Shown: positions 51,819 to 64,000 of the stretch, piece by piece
How the letters are laid out: each line of letters starts with the position of its first letter
Numbering within the stretch: the stretch's first letter is position 1
Source: Eledone cirrhosa
Taxonomy: Eukaryota
Reading direction: 5' to 3'
DNA: 64,000 nt
Assembly: GCA_964016885.1 (NCBI GenBank)
Contig: OZ024745.1
Coordinates: 101,680,001 to 101,744,000, forward strand
Notes under the pieces: model-generated
The model's database searches: none
Told to the model about the DNA's origin: nothing
What the model saw: only the letters and a program-made list of their open reading frames with translations
Program-made: the position numbers and the translations under genes

Positions 51819-52689
51819 AGTGAGTGAATTTGTCACTACTTTAAAACAATAGCTTACGGTCTTCAAAATGCTTTTAATTAAGCATAAAGTGTATTGCAAA
51901 ATACATTATATATACATCCATATATATATTGCTATTTCAGAGCTCCAATTCTATATATATATATAATTTAGCTCTGGTACTTACATAGAGCACTCTTCAC
52001 TCCTATGACTTTTTCAATTTTCAACGGAAACTTCAATACTTATATATATATATACACACACACATGCACACACATATGCCTCTATGCTGCAGAAAATGTG
52101 TATGACAGTGTCTGTTTGTCATATCTATAATAAATAGAAGCAAAATGAATTGACAGAAGCATTAGAAGATCAGTGAAAATGCCTTTTGGATATTAAGTTT
52201 CATTCTTTTATGTCTAGAATATTGGAAAGACGAAAGTGATGACTGGTGGTAAAGCATGTGGTTGTGTGCAGAAACAGCAATATTAAATGTACAATACATA
52301 TTGCATGGATACATAGAAAATGTAGCAGTGTGAGAGCTTATTAAATACTGTGACAGTTACATTTGAGTGTAAGTTATATGAGGGGAGATGCAGAACGTTG
52401 AGATGGATATAAAAAATGGCATGAAAACTGAAGATGTAAAAACGTTTTCTTATATATAAGATATGTTGAATGAAGAAATAGATTGGTCTCGGCAACAGTA
52501 GCTAGAATGAGGTGCATATCCATGTCTTCCCATCAAACACTGCAATTTACTGTTTGTCTTCATCTCTCTGTGATGCTTCACTCATTCATCAAACTATTCT
52601 TATTTCCATTCTTTCTAACCTTCTCTAATGCTCTGAGTCAATCATTTCCATGCATTGTTATAACAATGCATGGAAAATTAAACTTGATT

Positions 52690-53310
52690 CTTGTTGTTGT
52701 TGTTGTCGCCGTTGCTGCCGTTGCCGCTGCCGTTGCCGCCGTTGTCGTTGTTGAGTCATCTGGTGCCTTGAGGCATTGACAAAGTCCAAGCTCCAGAGTC
52801 CCCTGCCAACCATTGCAGCATGCAGGTCCATTCCTTTGAGGCCTGTATCCATCTTGATGATATATGGCCGGCCAACTTGTTTCTTTGCATCCAGAGTCCA
52901 AAGGAGCAATCTTCCTGCAGGTTCATCATGGCAAGTGACATGGTTGCCAAGGCCATATGATGGCACTTCACAACATCTGAGATGTGGGTCAGGGATCCAT
53001 ACAGAGACTTGTTTACTGGTTGACATCTCCAGGAGATGTTGTATGCCAAGCATAGCATTCTGGTGTATGTACCATTGAGTCTGTTGTGGTGAACAGCATT
53101 CAACGGCCACAATTCCAAACCATACAGAAGGAATGTTTGTATACAGGCCAGAAACACCCTTGTATTTTGTGTCCTTGTGGATGGCTGCCATCTTCGTTGT
53201 CTGCAAATAGTGTAGCACACTCTGACTGAGCAATCCTGACAACCATGTCATGACCAGGAGTCAGTGTAACCACTCAGTTACTTGAAATCACTCAGAAGTT
53301 CGATGTCAGA
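52690..53310 (-). mobile_element. RTE-type LINE 3' fragment (different family)
   Basis: RLNGTYTRML..AYNISW, LYGSL..IS, RLLLW...GRP...DTG; trinucleotide tail. Confidence 0.75.
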
Positions 53311-53405
53311 GCTATTCGATGTGTGCAGGCGATTATTGGTAGATGGATTATAAACACTATTTTTTATTTTCAACATAACCCTTTACTATTTACATTACTC
53401 TATAT

Positions 53406-53699
53406 CAGAGGTGTGCAACATATTTCATTGGCGGGCCACTCTGGAACATTGGAACAACTATTAGTGCCATTAATATTTATTAAGCACTATTCCAAAGATT
53501 CACCACAACTTCTTTCCATAACATGGAACTGGGAAATTATAACACACATAACCCTATCAGTGAAGCCCTTTAGTATAGGTCAACTATACAAATTATAAAT
53601 AAGCCTACAAGGTAAAAATTAAAAACGGTCACCGAGGGCCACTCTGACTGGTCTGATGGGCCGGATTGTGGCCTGTGGGCTGCTTGTTGCCTGCCCCTG
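53406..53699. mobile_element. hAT (Charlie-like) MITE
   Basis: TIRs CAGAGGTGTGCAAC / GTTGCCTGCCCCTG; exact 8-bp TSD CTCTATAT at 53398-53405 and 53700-53707. Confidence 0.85.
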
Positions 53700-54335
53700 C
53701 TCTATATGTACTATTGTATTTTGACTGTAAAGTCTTTACCTCACATAACCATCCCACATAATATCAAATGTACGAGATTTTAATATTATTTATTTAGAGA
53801 ACAATACCTTAACCTCAGTATAGGCGGCTACTTACCGCTGGTTTGAGCAGAAAGAGGTGAGAGAATTCTGGCCAGATACGGACGGTTTAAATGCTAAAGG
53901 GTTAATTGGAATCAACTAACAAAAGTGAATGTATTATTTTACAACTATTATCTTATTTATCTTATTTATTGCTATACTTAAAGTAAGAATTTATTCCGGC
54001 AAACAGTCTTTTATTTTTTATTGTTGGTTTCAGTAAGAATATCTGAAGCATTCAGTATGATATTCTCTAGAATTAATGGAACTCACTTATTAAATAAAAC
54101 AAATAACTCAAATCTTTCAGTAGATTTACTGACATGTTTTACATATTTTTTAATTGTATTTTTGTTCATATGTTCAATTCGTGTCTGTTGAAAGACTGAT
54201 AAATCTCAAATAGAAAATTCAAATATTGTTTTTATGATCTATGTAAGTGAATATAGTTCAACTGTGTATACTTAGAAATATACTTTATATTATTTTTTAT
54301 AGATCATTGTTTTATGTATTTTATATGCTTCTATA

Positions 54336-54893
54336 AAGCAATGAAAATTGATGGAAGTTACGGAGTAGGCAGACCCAGAAAACCCTGGGATGATCTGATA
54401 AATTCCAACCTTACACACTTACATCTCTCTAAGACAATGTCACTGGACCGAGATCTTTGGCGCTATGCAGTAATACAGAAGACCCGCCTTGCCTATGTAC
54501 AAAGCGAAACCTACAGTCACTAGGCACCTCTTAACCAAATATACACCCCCATCCCGCTACCCCTAATCCACCCCCACCACCATCAACACCACCTCTTTCT
54601 CTGTAAAGGTATGTTGGTACCACAACATCCAGTCCTAAATAAATGAGGTCATGTAGGTGTCACGACAAAAAACACACAGTCCACGCTGTAATGTGGCCGT
54701 GTAGGTAACACGGTAAAAACCTCTCAGTCCACACTGTAAACGTGGTTGATATTAGGAAGGGCATCCAGCCCGAGAAAACCTGCCAGACAGTCCTATATGA
54801 GCGAGACAACCAATCTTGCCTCGAGTGGGATGGGACAATTCCCATCTAAACCCATGCTAGCGTGGAAGATAGATGTTAAACAATGATGATGAT
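54336..54893 (+). mobile_element. RTE subfamily B 3' fragment
   Basis: KIDGSYGVGRPRKPWDDLINSNLTHL matches the end of ORF 28141..29481; same UTR and (GAT)n end. Confidence 0.9.
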
Positions 54894-55099
54894 AGCCATT
54901 TCTCAAGAGACTGAGTTTAGTGTAGCAAAATATTAAATGGAAAACATTGAATCTGCATTGAAAGTTTCTAGGGTGGAAATTGAATGGAATGAAATGGGAG
55001 AGAGTGGTCAAAGTTTATAACAATATCCAGATCAATTTAAATAGGGGTGATGTCTGAACGAGTATCCTCCAACAACAACTAACTTACCCTCCACCTCTA

Positions 55100-55430
55100 G
55101 GTCCTGGCCAACAATATGGAGAATGTATTGCCCCGGAGGACAGCGAGGAAGACGTGCTGAAACAGTCATTCCAACTCTGCTCCAATAGCAGTGACTAGGG
55201 ATGTGGTCTGGAGGCCAAGAACGCCAGAAGTCTCCACTGTTACGGGCTCTACCACGAACCTCTCCGCAAGCAGCCGATACTTGGAAAGTTTGCCTTCTTC
55301 GGCTTGGTGGGTAGTAGAGCCTGGGCTGGTAGCCAATTGCACCAGGTTGCCTCTTGAGTAGGTATCACAGCATGTGGTGTCCCAGATGAGGGGCCTACTC
55401 CCACGGAATGGGAAGATTGTCATGCCATAT
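55100..55430 (-). mobile_element. CRE/R2-group non-LTR fragment (restriction-like endonuclease)
   Basis: TIFPF..GRPLIWDTTCCDT...AEEGK.SKY..L...PVTVETSGVLG, the RLE signature of CRE-type elements. Confidence 0.75.
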
Positions 55431-55947
55431 TTGATGAAAATTTGCTAATATTTGATATGAACTGATTTCATTATGAGAAATCATTAAATAACTTGATAAT
55501 TACAAATTATTTTTTGGTTTTGTTTTACTTTTTTACATTTACTTTTTCCAAGCTGACATGGGTTGGATAAGATTTTTTCGATGCAGTTTTCCTATGGCTG
55601 GATGCCCTTCCTTATACCATGTTATATACTGCAGAATGTATTGTTTACATAGCACAGAAACAAATGCCACTGGCACGGTGAGGTAGAACCCAAAACCATG
55701 TGGTTGTGAAGTGAAATTCTTAACCACACAACTGTATACTTTAGAATATAATTTATATTATATTTGATTTCCCAAGATGCTGTGTCTTGTGTGCAGCCAA
55801 ACATTAGAAATAAAATCCAATTACCAATCTTAATATTACATTAAATAGTTTCTAAATCTTTCCATTGAAAATTTGCTGAAATTAGATATGAACTGTTTTC
55901 ATTACATAAATCATTAAATGACTTGATAATTATAAATTTTCTGGTGA

Positions 55948-56163
55948 TATCATCATCATCATTATTTTACGTCCGCTTTTCTCAGCTTACAGGAGTGGGA
56001 CGGGTCCTATTCAGCACTGCATCTCTCCATTTGTCATGGTCCTTCGTCATCTCCTCTGTGAGCTTCAGCAATCTGAGGTCAGCTCTCACCACCTCCGTCT
56101 GTGATTTTCGTGGTCTTCCTCTACTGCATGTTCCCACCACTGGAATTTCTTGGCACTTCTTTA
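55948..56163 (-). mobile_element. RTE subfamily A 3' end
   Basis: Matches 29988-30200. Confidence 0.85.
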
Positions 56164-56681
56164 TCCTGCAATCATAAAGAACATATTATTTAGATAATAT
56201 ATCTGAATAATGTTCTTTTTAAAATCTGCTTTAATCCTGCTTCTACAAGACCAGACTGCTTTTATTAAAGTGTTTATATTTATCTGAAAATCTTCCATCA
56301 TAATTGTATGTAAGAATCTTTGTTATGTTTCTAACATCTGCTCAGTAATGAGAAAGTCGGTTATATTGCTAAAACCCTCTGAATTCTGGATTATTTCCAA
56401 AATGATTTGATAATCAGAGGTAGTGTCTTTCTCTAGAAATATGGTAATGAAAGGGTTAATGAGATGCCATATTGTTAGAGTTATATCCCCAGAAGAAACT
56501 ATAACATTCTACAACTGATTGGAATGATTGACTATTTTTATTGGCTTGCTGGCACTATTTTTATTCAACTAAGGGAATTGTAATGTCCTTCGTCATTTAT
56601 TATATGGCGAATATAACTGTTTAAGTTAAGGGTCATATCAAATTAAACTTCATAAATTCCTGCAATATGATCATTATTTTC

Positions 56682-56867
56682 GTGGATTGGCAGTATCGGT
56701 AGAGGGTCGGGCGCCATGCTTTCCAGCATAGTTACGTCCCTTTACGATCTGAGTTCAAATTCCGCCGAGGTTGACTTTGCCTTTCATCCTTACGGGGTCG
56801 ATAAAATAAAGTACCAGTAATGCACTGGATAATTGCTGGCCTTGTGCCTAAAGTAGAAACAATTATT
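56682..56867 (+). mobile_element. SINE family 1
   Basis: Near-identical to 34141-34330; TSD ATTATTTTCG at 56673 and 56862. Confidence 0.9.
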
Positions 56868-57002
56868 TTCGAGTTCTGTAAAAGTTATTCATTTTCAAGC
56901 TAATTCTAATTTATCAACTGACATTTTAGAAAATATCTTCAGTATGCACTATTATATTATCAAACTGTCTTTCTTGTTACATATAAGGTTTTTGGATAAC
57001 TT

Positions 57003-57371
57003 CATCATCATCATAACTATTTTACGTCCGTTCTTCCATGCTAGCATGGGTTAGACGGGTCGTCCTGTTGTGAGCAGTGTCTGGTCGGCTGACCATGCCT
57101 TGCTCATACAGGAACTGATTTTGGCTCGATTTCTACAGCTGGATGCCCTTCCTAACACCAACCTCATTTACAGTGAGTGCTGGGTGCTTTTTTTCTGTGG
57201 CGCCTACACGTCCACTTTCCAGTGTGGGCTGGGTGCTTTTTTGCCATGGCACCTCCACGACCACTTTGCAGTGGGAGGGTGTGGGGGCATATTGTCTATA
57301 TGCTTCAGCTTGTACCCATGGGAGGTCGGGTACTCTGTATTACTGCGTGACGCCAGAGGTCACAGTCGGGA
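57003..57371 (-). mobile_element. RTE subfamily C 3' end
   Basis: Reverse complement of 30935-31291. Confidence 0.88.
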
Positions 57372-60047
57372 ATTTCTAACATTAATAGCTTTGATGTATA
57401 GTTATAGATATGAAAATAAACACCTATTGAATGGGTGACTCAAAGCAGTCAAACAAGTTTTACATAATCAACCAAGATAAATATGACATTATGATAATAA
57501 TGTCTAACATCAACTATAACTTCATATTGGAAATATTGATGAGCAACAATCTTACCTATTGGAAGTAAGAACTATGAGTTATTTCTTTTATAGTATTCAA
57601 AATAGAGGCCTAGTACAGAAATAAACATTTTGAAAGGGTAGTTACAATAACTATAGACAAAAGAATATGGCTGATTTTTTTAGCCAAAACTTTTAACGAT
57701 CCAGCTATCATGAATGGAGGTTTTCACTGGCTTTCATGCCAACTATATAATTTTTACTTTTTAACTTTTAATTCATAATGGATTGTATACTTCCAAAATA
57801 TTGTGGGATATGAGGATTGACCTGGGAGGAAGATTGGAGTTTCTTCCATTTGTCCAGATGAGGTTCTGTAGTCTGAAAAGTGAAGAAGATAATCCAGGTT
57901 GAGCTCAGTCCCATGGAAAGAAGTGTATAGCTATGCCTTTTAGTGAAAGAGTTCCAAGTATCAAGTCCTTGTGCAAGAGTACAGAGAGAACGGATAGCAG
58001 GCCTGGATATTTACAGTTGAGGTAGACTACAGAGTATTCATGGCTCAATTGGAAGAATACTCACTGATATTAGAATGACAGGAAATGAGAAAGTGGTTCA
58101 CAGGATGGGGGAATCAGGAGAAAGGACCTTTTGTTGGTTATGGAACAGGAGAGAAGAGATAAGCTAGAAACCAATAGGAGATAGACAGTGATATGGTTAC
58201 CATTGCTGCCCCACCAATGAGAGAGCATTACAATTAAGAGTTGAAACACTCCTAATGACATAAACTCTGCCTGGCCATATTCACTGAAGGGGAATGAATG
58301 TGAAGCAACTTTTGTAGGTGTAATTATGCTAATAATATCATATCTAGTTATTGAGGGGACCCAATTAGGATTAAGTACTTGCATTAAATCTGTTGAGACT
58401 TAATGCATGAACAAGTGTCATCTTCATTATGGATGTGCTGTCACTATATTTTGATTTTAGATGTATACTACCCATTTCAAAGGCAATAAAATGTCTGATG
58501 AGATATTTTAACTGCTAAATTGACAAGTTAAGTGTCTTTGTAGTCTGTCATTGGCTCAGAACTTATCTGAGACATCAGCTATTTTTATTAAGTGATATTT
58601 GGAAGAAAGCTTGTAAGCAATTCATCCAGAATTATCAATTTCCTGTTGAGTGAAGTGTAATGATACACTTTATTCTCAGTCACCTTGAAGACAAAAATAT
58701 ATAATTTATCGAAAATAGCAGAGCAGTTTCAAACATCACAATATGGTTATTTGGAAGCTTATGTTTTCTAACAGGAGCACAAGACCACTCATTAAGGGAA
58801 CTGAAATAGTGAATTAAATCAACCCCCAAATTTAACTGGTACTTTGTTTTATTAACTTCGGAAGTATAAAAGGCAAAAGAGACAATGGCAGCATTTCAAC
58901 TCCGAATTTAAAGAGTCATAACTAAAAACAGCGTATAGTTTGTCTGATGTTGTAATGTTACTGCTAAGCCACCACCTTCATAATGATGAGCAGTGTTAAG
59001 AATTTAACTCATCTAGTAGATAGTTGTTGAGCTCCAGCTTAGCCTTGATCAAGCAAATCAATAATCAAAGGAACTACAGCTGTAAATAAGCCCTTTTTTG
59101 TTTATTTTTGTTTTGTTTTTGTATCGGGGACTACATTGTTCAGTATGCTCTTTTTTAAGAGGATAATTTGTGATTTTTGGAAGATTCAAATCCTATTTCT
59201 GATATAGAGACTTCCTTGTTATCTAATAGACATCACTTACATAAATTTAGTGGGTGTATAAAAATAATGAATTTAGAATGTGTTAATAACCTTACTGTAC
59301 TGTTGTGTATGTTTTAGAAAGTAAATTACTGGCAATCATCAAATGTAGTACAGCTATGATTATCTTGTCTTTTTTGTATATGTATGGTTATATTAACTAC
59401 TGTGATCTTTTTATGAGGTAGGTTGTGATTTAAGACAACTTGGCTGCTATTTCTAGAATTCTAGGAAACCATGTATAAACCCATTTGAAATGTTTGATAC
59501 CTGTTTACATATGTTGGCGCACACAATTTTTTTAATAACTTTTAACTTTCTTTAAGATTTTTGACAACATTTTTACCTGGGGCTGCTTTGTTTCCTTGAA
59601 GAACTAAAAGGATATACTTGATTAATATTTCTTTGACAATGAAACAAAGGTTTATAAGAAAAGAATCAGATGTACATTATTCATATATTTAATATATGTT
59701 GATGTAAATTTTGGTGTGCTAAGAATATGATTATGAATTTAAGGCCCCAAAGTAGATAATACCTGAAGGAAAAACTGATAAGGGTATATAACATAACCAG
59801 GTAAACAAATACAATAAGCTGATTATTATAGAAATCTGTGAAGGAAAGCTGAAAAACACATGTAATATTCTTATTATATAAGAACTGCTCTAGTATAAAG
59901 AAAATATGATTGTATGTATTCCGCTGACTGCTGCCTCTTAGGGAAAAATACTGAATTGTAGATGCTAAAAGAATTGTAAACTGTGATGTAATTCAATTTG
60001 AGAAAGATAAATCACACAACTGTACTTTTTTTATTTTTTTATTTTAG

Positions 60048-60094
60048 AGAGAAGAAATCAAAACATTCTCTCGACTGGCTGGAAAATAATATTT
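60048..60094 (+). CDS. KATNIP: KATNIP-like exon 8 (K-EKKSKHSLDWLENNI)
   Basis: Strong T-tract + TAG acceptor, T|GTAAGT donor; phase 2 in, phase 1 out. Confidence 0.7.
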
Positions 60095-60954
60095 GTAAGT
60101 AAACCTACCTAAAACTTTGTGGGGCTTTTTATTTCTAGTTTCAATTTTGTTTTCCTTGTTCTTACTATTCAGCTATAGAAACCAATGTTGTCTTTGATAT
60201 CTGAAATATCTTTGATTTGTAAGAAAAGAAGAAAATGATTTCATACTTTGCTAACAATTTCTCTCCTGCTTGTTCTTATGTTTTTATTTCTTATTAAAGA
60301 GAGAATAGAATATAAGGAAAGTTTATTATATATTAGAAACAAGATATTAAACTGTGACAAAAACACAGACTTCACACAGACACACAGACACATATGTATA
60401 TATACAAGAATTATAGATATATTCCACTTGTTCTTTTGACAGTTATGTTAAGTTTGAAGACACTTTCTCAATTTCTTTATTAAATTCTTTTGATATTAGA
60501 ATTAGTAGATTTGTTTGATTTTCTAAGAAACTATTTATGTTAGTTATATTTTAGATATTGGGTTGATATAAATATTTTCAGAACATTTTGTAAGTTCTGT
60601 CAGTATTGTTTAATTTTGGTGAGAATTATATTGAATTTTTATTAATTCTTTGCTGTAACTGCAAGTATTTCTGAATTATTTTATCTTAGAAGAATTCAAG
60701 AAATGAGATTCATTTTACTATTTTACTTTTAAAACGATGCGTAAAATTTAAACTTTTGAATAGGATTTAAGTTGTTACTTTTCTGTATCTGTAAGTAAGG
60801 GTTTAGATGGACTAAACTTATTCCATCACTCAAATCCTGGTGATCCAACATCAACACATTATTATTAGTTACTACTGACTAAAGGCTTGAAACTGGACAT
60901 TAATTATGAGTAGCAGTATTTCTCAAAATTTGTTCCATGAAAAACTACTAGTGT

Positions 60955-61335
60955 CTTCTCTTTTCTTCTTCTTTGCCCACTTATTCCTGAGAAGCTTGTG
61001 GGGGCAGGGTCCTCAAACACTCCTTCCATTGGGTCCTGTCAGAAATAACCGCCTCCAACTGATCCGGTTGGATCCCCAAGCATGACCAGCTAAGCTCATG
61101 GATGTTATTACACTATCTTGCTCAGGATCTACTCCTGGGTCTCTTGCCAGTTGGTTTTGCCCTTAAAATCTGTCCAACGATTCTTTCCTGAGACATTCTA
61201 ACCACATGCCCTTAGTATCAGAGCTGTGATCTCTCAATTCGGAGAAGTAGTGACTCTCTGATCTCTGAGTTATGCATTTTGTCGCATAATGTTACTCCTA
61301 AGACCCTTCAGAGGAATCTCATTTCAGCTGTTTGT
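60955..61335 (-). mobile_element. Old RTE-type LINE 3' fragment
   Basis: Minus strand reads AEMRFL...LLRIERSQL..GHVVRM..ERIV.QIL.AKPTGKRPR; (GAA)n tail. Confidence 0.7.
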
Positions 61336-61603
61336 ATACTTGTGTCTTTTAATAAAATTTAAAACACATTTTTTTAATGATACTTTTATATGACTAAATT
61401 CTCTCTTTAAAACAATGTGGGAATTGTTTGTATAATATAGATATTTCTCTGATTTTTGAAAACTTGTATAAGGGTTCTGGAAACAATTGGTGTGTAGTAT
61501 TTCTAAGATATAGTTTATAATTTATCAATTTGAAAGATTTTTCATCTGAAGATTTTTCAGTCTTGAACTTCCTATTTTTTTTTATCAATGTTTACCCTTC
61601 AAG

Positions 61604-61925
61604 TACCCAAACATTTGCATTGCCATGAGAGCTATACTAGAAATTGTTCAAGAGGATCAAGCACTGAGGGGTCTTCAAATTATGAGGTGGATATTGTTGA
61701 TAGACTTGAAGAACCACTGAAAGACTTCCAGCTTTCTTCCTCCACCAAGAATGGTAAGTCCAATCTGTTTGATGGGCACTCTCTTGATGAAGAACTACAA
61801 ACAGCTCACCAGTCAACAATTAGATTAAGGAATATGTTGGATAAAATTGAAAAACAAGCAAGCCACTCAAGCAGATCAGGATCTATTCAAGAAAAAGAAG
61901 CACTGGAATCTTCATCACCACGCAG
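61604..61925 (+). CDS. KATNIP: KATNIP-like exon 9 (L-PKHLHCHES...LESSSPR)
   Basis: Within ORF 61588..61929; cccttcaag acceptor, AG|GTAAGT donor; phase 1 in, phase 2 out. Confidence 0.75.
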
Positions 61926-62157
61926 GTAAGTTCAGTATTAACCAACCAATATCCAATTAAAGTTGAAAATATTTTTTTTAAATTCTGTTTCAAATTATGG
62001 TATCACTTGATCTTAATATGAGACCCTCATATGTATTATGAAGAGCATTTCTAATGATATGTAATCATCTTAACATTAATATCTATGCATGAAGTGTGTG
62101 TGTGTAGTTTGAAATTTTTATATTTGTAATTTGGTTATACATTTCTTCTGGAACTAG

Positions 62158-62225
62158 TGTCTCCTCTCTTCACACTATACTTGATGAAGAATTTGAAAAA
62201 AGCAGCCTTACTGAAGAAATGCAAG
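62158..62225 (+). CDS. KATNIP: KATNIP-like exon 10 (S-VSSLHTILDEEFEKSSLTEEMQ); gene continues beyond the window
   Basis: CTAG acceptor, G|GTTTGT donor; phase 2 in matches exon 9. Confidence 0.65.
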
Positions 62226-62305
62226 GTTTGTAATAAAAATAGTTTTTCTCACTCTTTTCTTGTTAATTATTCTTGTTATTTACTTGTCAAGTGAGTAGTT
62301 CAATG

Positions 62306-62500
62306 ATGGTGTCCGACCCTCTACCGATACTGCCAAAAAACTCACCATGTTTTGCAGTGTAGAGTTACAGCCCTTTATGATCTGGGTTCAAATCCCACCG
62401 AGGTTAACTTTGCCTTTCATCCTTACGGGGTTGATAAAATAAAGCACCAGTAATGCACTGGGGTAATTGCTGGCCTTGTGCCAAAAGTAGAAACAATTAT
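62306..62500 (+). mobile_element. SINE family 1 with inverted 5' segment
   Basis: 62306-62336 is the reverse complement of the SINE head; the rest is forward. Confidence 0.75.
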
Positions 62501-62586
62501 ATTTATAATATGAAACAATGAAAGAATAATGACAAGGTGGAGTAGTTAGTTAACTATTGTTTAACATTATTTAGCTAACTCTATCA

Positions 62587-62776
62587 GGGCGGTGGATTGG
62601 CAGTATCGGTAGAGGGTTTGACGCCATGCTTTCCAGCATAGTTACGTCCCTTTACGATCTGAGTTCAAATTCCGCCGAGGTTGACTTTGCCTTTCATCCT
62701 TACGGGGTCGATAAAATAAAGTACCAGTAATGCACTGGGCAATTGCTGGCCTTGTGCCTAAAGTAGAAACAATTAT
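62587..62776 (+). mobile_element. SINE family 1, young copy
   Basis: 19-bp TSD ATTATTTAGCTAACTCTAT at 62566-62584 and 62772-62790. Confidence 0.92.
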
Positions 62777-64000
62777 TTAGCTAACTCTATAATTTTCAAT
62801 ACTCAATGATATACAGTGATATCCTGTTTCCACAACAACAAATTTTACTTTGTTTTAATTAGATATTTACATCAGCACTACATTCAGTTCTAAATTGGCT
62901 ATAAAACCTACCTTGGTTAGGTAGAACACTAATGAGTATATAGATATCATAATTTTTATGTTGGTGTTTCCATGCTGCCATGAGTTAGACAGAACTTTTT
63001 GAGGCTATGTATATATGTATCATCATTGTTTTTTATGTCTGCATTATATATATAAAGAGATAGTGTTGTAATTTGATTTCTGATGAGGTGATTTTATCTC
63101 AAAAATTAAGGTCATAATTGAATAAAGAACAGATAACACAGAGCAGCTTTGTTACCTTTTATCTTAAAAAATACCACACCTTTCACACTATGACAACCTT
63201 CAAATTACATACCTTCTTATAAACATACACATACACTCATACACAATATCGACACTAATACACACACACACACACACACACACTTCACCTTGCATTCCAA
63301 AATCATTACCAAGACTACCTAATGGTTTTGTCTTCTTTACTCTCTTTATTTTCGATTTTTCTTTCTTTACTTGGGCTAACTTTATTTTCTGTATCTATCC
63401 TTTGAGATTCTGTCTCTATTTGTACTCCTGAAGAAGGGCTGAAACCTGACATGTCGAACTTTCTTTCCCTTTTTCCATTTAAAGCGCGAAACTGATACGA
63501 CTGTTTGTTGTTTCCATCAACATTTAGGTTGAAAGAGAGGTCTAACTGGTCAATCAATAATTTACTGCTTTTTCAAGGTGAAATGGACAAGGGATTCATG
63601 TACTCATTTTTTTAATGTTTGTATTAGAGTGAATAATTACATCTAATGTAGTTGTAAATGTTGTGAATATGCACTCTAAATATGAGATTGCATTTGTTTC
63701 CAATAATATAGATTTTTGTATGATTTCTTATCTATTATTTTGATGAGCTCAATATTGTTAGGTGGACAAAAGAAGAATGTTAGTTGGTTAGGTATGAGAA
63801 ATATTTGGTAAAATCTGGAATCTGAAGAGGCTGGGATGTTGAATCAGAAACATGAGTCAATAAGAGAATTTAGCATGGAAGATGGACGTTAAACGATGAT
63901 GATATTATTAGTTGTCATGAGGAATATAGAATCAGATGTTTTGAGTTTTGTTCTTTGTCTCAGAATGCAGGATAGAAAAAAGTCAAGTGGCCAATCACTT

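Larger units (their letters stand above)
51271..51953. mobile_element. Non-coding hammerhead-bearing element (retrozyme or Penelope pseudo-LTR-like): inverted copy + partial tandem, 316-bp period
   Basis: 51507-51637 is repeated at 51823-51953; 51271-51506 is the reverse complement of ~51685-51925; (TA)n on both flanks. Confidence 0.75.

Noticed and set aside
57780-58620. Possible ancient LINE remnant
   Set aside because: Composition is suggestive, but no motif could be read with confidence.
63315-63557. 80-aa minus-strand ORF as a nested antisense gene
   Set aside because: No recognisable domain or supporting exons; the K/E richness reflects a T/C-rich repeat-like segment.

Overview
AT-rich, microsatellite-dense animal DNA, not prokaryotic. 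The SINE/LINE landscape looks like a coleoid cephalopod such as octopus (inference). The window lies inside one large + strand gene: ten AG/GT-bounded exons (819-62225) join in one continuous reading frame and encode part of a KATNIP/KIAA0556 (DUF4457) orthologue. The introns hold decayed RTE-type LINEs (three subfamilies with a C4HC3 PHD finger inside the RT C-terminus), a CR1/jockey-type LINE, CRE- and Penelope-type fragments, tRNA-derived SINEs, piggyBac-, Tigger- and hAT-like MITEs, and tandem repeats. The most notable unexplained structure is a ~316-bp non-coding element at 51271-51953 in a partial-tandem plus inverted arrangement. It carries two identical copies of a type I hammerhead ribozyme with a compensatory U3-A8 core, and is retrozyme or Penelope pseudo-LTR-like. 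All calls are by eye; no database searches or folding programs were run.
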